Virus record (IMG/VR): IMGVR_UViG_3300020352_000009
Coordinates: 1 to 40,093 of that record
Reading direction: 5' to 3' (one strand)
Origin: a virus
Lineage: Duplodnaviria > Caudoviricetes
DNA length: 40,093 nucleotides
Shown here: piece by piece, positions 38,350 through 40,093 of the stretch
How positions within the stretch are numbered: position 1 is the first letter of the stretch
How the letters are laid out: every line of letters starts with the position of its first letter
The notes under the pieces: model-generated
Databases searched by the model: none
Seen by the model: the letters and a program-made list of their open reading frames with translations, nothing else
Told to the model about the DNA's origin: nothing
Program-made: the position numbers and the translations under genes

Positions 38350-38973
38350 ATGAAAAAAATAGAAAGTTACTTACCATTATTCGATGGGTTCTATAATACC
38401 CTATTCGAATACGACAGAGAAGATGATGATATTAAATCTTACAATGACGAATACGAAACAGATTTCGATTATGATAATTTTACCTGGAATTATTCTGAAA
38501 GAAATGAAAGAATATCTAAGCAAATTTGCGGAATATTAGAAAGCTTATTGTCAGATGAAATGCTAGAAATGACTATCAACTTTCAAAAGTTAGTTAGTCC
38601 TAAATACTACAACTTTGGAAATGATAGTATAAACTGTGAATACGTTATATCTCAAAGTCAATACGATCTAGTCATAGACTATCTAAAATCTAATTGGACA
38701 AACTTTGAAGCATGGATAAAAGATAGATACACCTCTAGGTCTGGGTTTATCTCCTCGCACAGTAATAATGCAGAGGTATGGATAAACAATATGAAGTCAG
38801 AATCTCATTTAGAACATAATTTCGGAAGTGTATTAGAGTTTATACTACAGAACGAAGGTTATGAGTCATGTAATGTATCTGATTTAATACAAGATGATCA
38901 CATAGAGTTTGAGCCTACTATAGGTGACACTTGTAGAAATGGTAAAGAATGGGATGAATGTAATTGTTGCTAA
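38350..38973 (+). CDS. Early highly acidic protein
   Basis: 207 aa; PLFDGFYNT, SPKYYNFGNDSI, YTSRSGFIS. Confidence 0.8.
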   Translation: MKKIESYLPLFDGFYNTLFEYDREDDDIKSYNDEYETDFDYDNFTWNYSERNERISKQICGILESLLSDEMLEMTINFQKLVSPKYYNFGNDSINCEYVISQSQYDLVIDYLKSNWTNFEAWIKDRYTSRSGFISSHSNNAEVWINNMKSESHLEHNFGSVLEFILQNEGYESCNVSDLIQDDHIEFEPTIGDTCRNGKEWDECNCC

Positions 38974-38980
38974 TAATAAA

Positions 38981-39036
38981 TGTGTAACCCTGAGTAATAT
39001 CCTCACTCTAGGTTACACAGTTTTTAAAGAGGATGT
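38981..39036 (+). ncRNA. Putative H-type pseudoknot, copy 2
   Basis: TGTGTAACC..GAGT / ACTC..GGTTACACA stem; loop AATATCCTC complementary to GAGGATGT. Confidence 0.7.
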
Positions 39037-39049
39037 AATTTAATTAATC

Positions 39050-39655
39050 ATGAGAACAGAAACAACAAAAATTTACGAGTTCGAAGAACTTGATGAATCA
39101 GTACAAGAAAAAGTAATCGAGAAATTTTACGACCTGAACATACGTGAAGGATGGTGGGATAGTGTTTATGAAATGTACAAAGAAGATGAAACAGGATTCG
39201 ATATTGATAAAATATATTTCAGAGGATTCGCCTCTCAAGGTGATGGTGCTATGTTTGAAGGATCACCAAACAAAGATATACTACACTTCATAACTCCAGG
39301 ATATAACAACCAACAGTACCAAAAAGATTGGTACAGAGTTATAAAGCTAATTAAAAACGGTGACATAAACATATACGGAAGCTTCAAACACAGTGGACAC
39401 TACTACCATTCAAAAAGTTATTCAGACAACTTAGATGCTGAAATGACTAACGATTGGTATGGTAGGAACTATTCCAATATAGAAGACATCTGCGAAGACA
39501 TCTTATATGAAATAAGAGAACACTACGAAGATATATGTAACAAGATATACCATTCACTAGAACAAGAATACGAATACTACACTTCTAGAGAAGCTATAGA
39601 AGAAACTATTATAGATAATGGGTACGAGTTTACAGAAAGTGGAGAACGATATTAA
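39050..39655 (+). CDS. Early highly acidic, Tyr-rich protein
   Basis: 201 aa; IYFRGFASQGDGAMFEG and LEQEYEYYTS..NGYEFTESG. Confidence 0.8.
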   Translation: MRTETTKIYEFEELDESVQEKVIEKFYDLNIREGWWDSVYEMYKEDETGFDIDKIYFRGFASQGDGAMFEGSPNKDILHFITPGYNNQQYQKDWYRVIKLIKNGDINIYGSFKHSGHYYHSKSYSDNLDAEMTNDWYGRNYSNIEDICEDILYEIREHYEDICNKIYHSLEQEYEYYTSREAIEETIIDNGYEFTESGERY

Positions 39656-39687
39656 TAAATGTGTGACCTTAAAAACAAACAATCATG
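39656..39687 (+). repeat. Junction repeat, copy B
   Basis: TAAATGTGTGACCTTAAAAACAAACAATCATG. Confidence 0.9.
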
Positions 39688-39828
39688 AAAAAAATTAAAA
39701 TAGAATTTACAAGATACGATATAGAAGACCTATTAAGCTCTTTAAATAAAGGAGAAAGACTATACGACACTTGGGTTGTAATGGTAGATAACGAAGAAGC
39801 ATTATTAGAAATAACAATAGAACAATAA
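39685..39828 (+). CDS. 47 aa early microprotein (not in the ORF track)
   Basis: MKKIKIEFTRYDIEDLLSSLNKGERLYDTWVVMVDNEEALLEITIEQ; conserved leader. Confidence 0.7.
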   Translation: MKKIKIEFTRYDIEDLLSSLNKGERLYDTWVVMVDNEEALLEITIEQ

Positions 39829-39840
39829 AAACAAACAATC

Positions 39841-40093
39841 ATGGATAAATACAGAGAATTATTAAACAACCCTCCGAAGCTGGAGGTAAAAGAAAATGCA
39901 AGAGAAGTAGTTATTAACCTTATATCTTGTATGTGTGATAACAGAAACAAATGGACTATCAAAAAGAACCCTGAAGGAGACTTCAAAATTAATACGCATG
40001 GTTTCGCCTTCAGTAATTTTCAAGTCAAATTTCATAGAGATGACATCGAATGGGAAGCTGATGACAGTAACTGGAATAAAGTTTTTGATATGA
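39841..40093 (+). CDS. Early hypothetical protein, 3' truncated
   Basis: MDKYRELLNNPPKLEV... open to the window end; AAAACAAACAATC leader. Confidence 0.7.
   Translation, partial: MDKYRELLNNPPKLEVKENAREVVINLISCMCDNRNKWTIKKNPEGDFKINTHGFAFSNFQVKFHRDDIEWEADDSNWNKVFDM

Noticed and set aside
37554-39019. Integron attC sites (TAAC...GTTA hairpins after stop codons)
   Set aside because: Only about 39 nt, do not match RYYYAAC/GTTRRRY, and no integrase is present
35795-39687. CRISPR or mini-CRISPR array
   Set aside because: Repeat spacing is irregular (0.1-1.4 kb), the intervals are genes, and there are no cas genes
35351-39986. Minus-strand ORFs 35351..35563, 35461..35655, 37017..37208, 37314..37538 and 39669..39986
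   Set aside because: Antisense to real early genes or RNAs; the shared ending FMIVCF is just the reverse complement of the leader repeat
1-40093. Stop-codon reassignment as seen in some crAss-like phages
   Set aside because: All hallmark genes are intact in the standard code, and TAA, TAG and TGA all serve as stops

Overview
About 40 kb of a tailed dsDNA phage genome, most likely a podovirus of a Bacteroidota/Flavobacteriia host with a crAss-like / Cellulophaga-podophage-style gene order (standard genetic code). Bases 1-34142 are one minus-strand late block: HTH regulator, PD-(D/E)XK nuclease, terminase, portal, scaffold, major capsid, tail hub/ring/nozzle proteins, three probable ejection proteins (up to 2231 aa) and tail fibre genes. 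A non-coding divergence zone at 34143-34993 carries an abrupt skew flip, clustered G-runs, two inverted IHF-consensus boxes and a Bacteroidota-type promoter. A plus-strand early region of small, often acidic ORFs follows. The most unusual signals are non-coding: (i) a 13-bp motif TAAAYGTGTNACC found 11 times, always on the + strand, both at early-gene junctions and inside late genes; (ii) two copies of a covarying H-type pseudoknot built on that motif, just upstream of start codons; (iii) two tRNA-like elements with acceptor and T arms but no canonical D/anticodon arms. Protein calls rest on motifs, size and synteny; no database search was possible.
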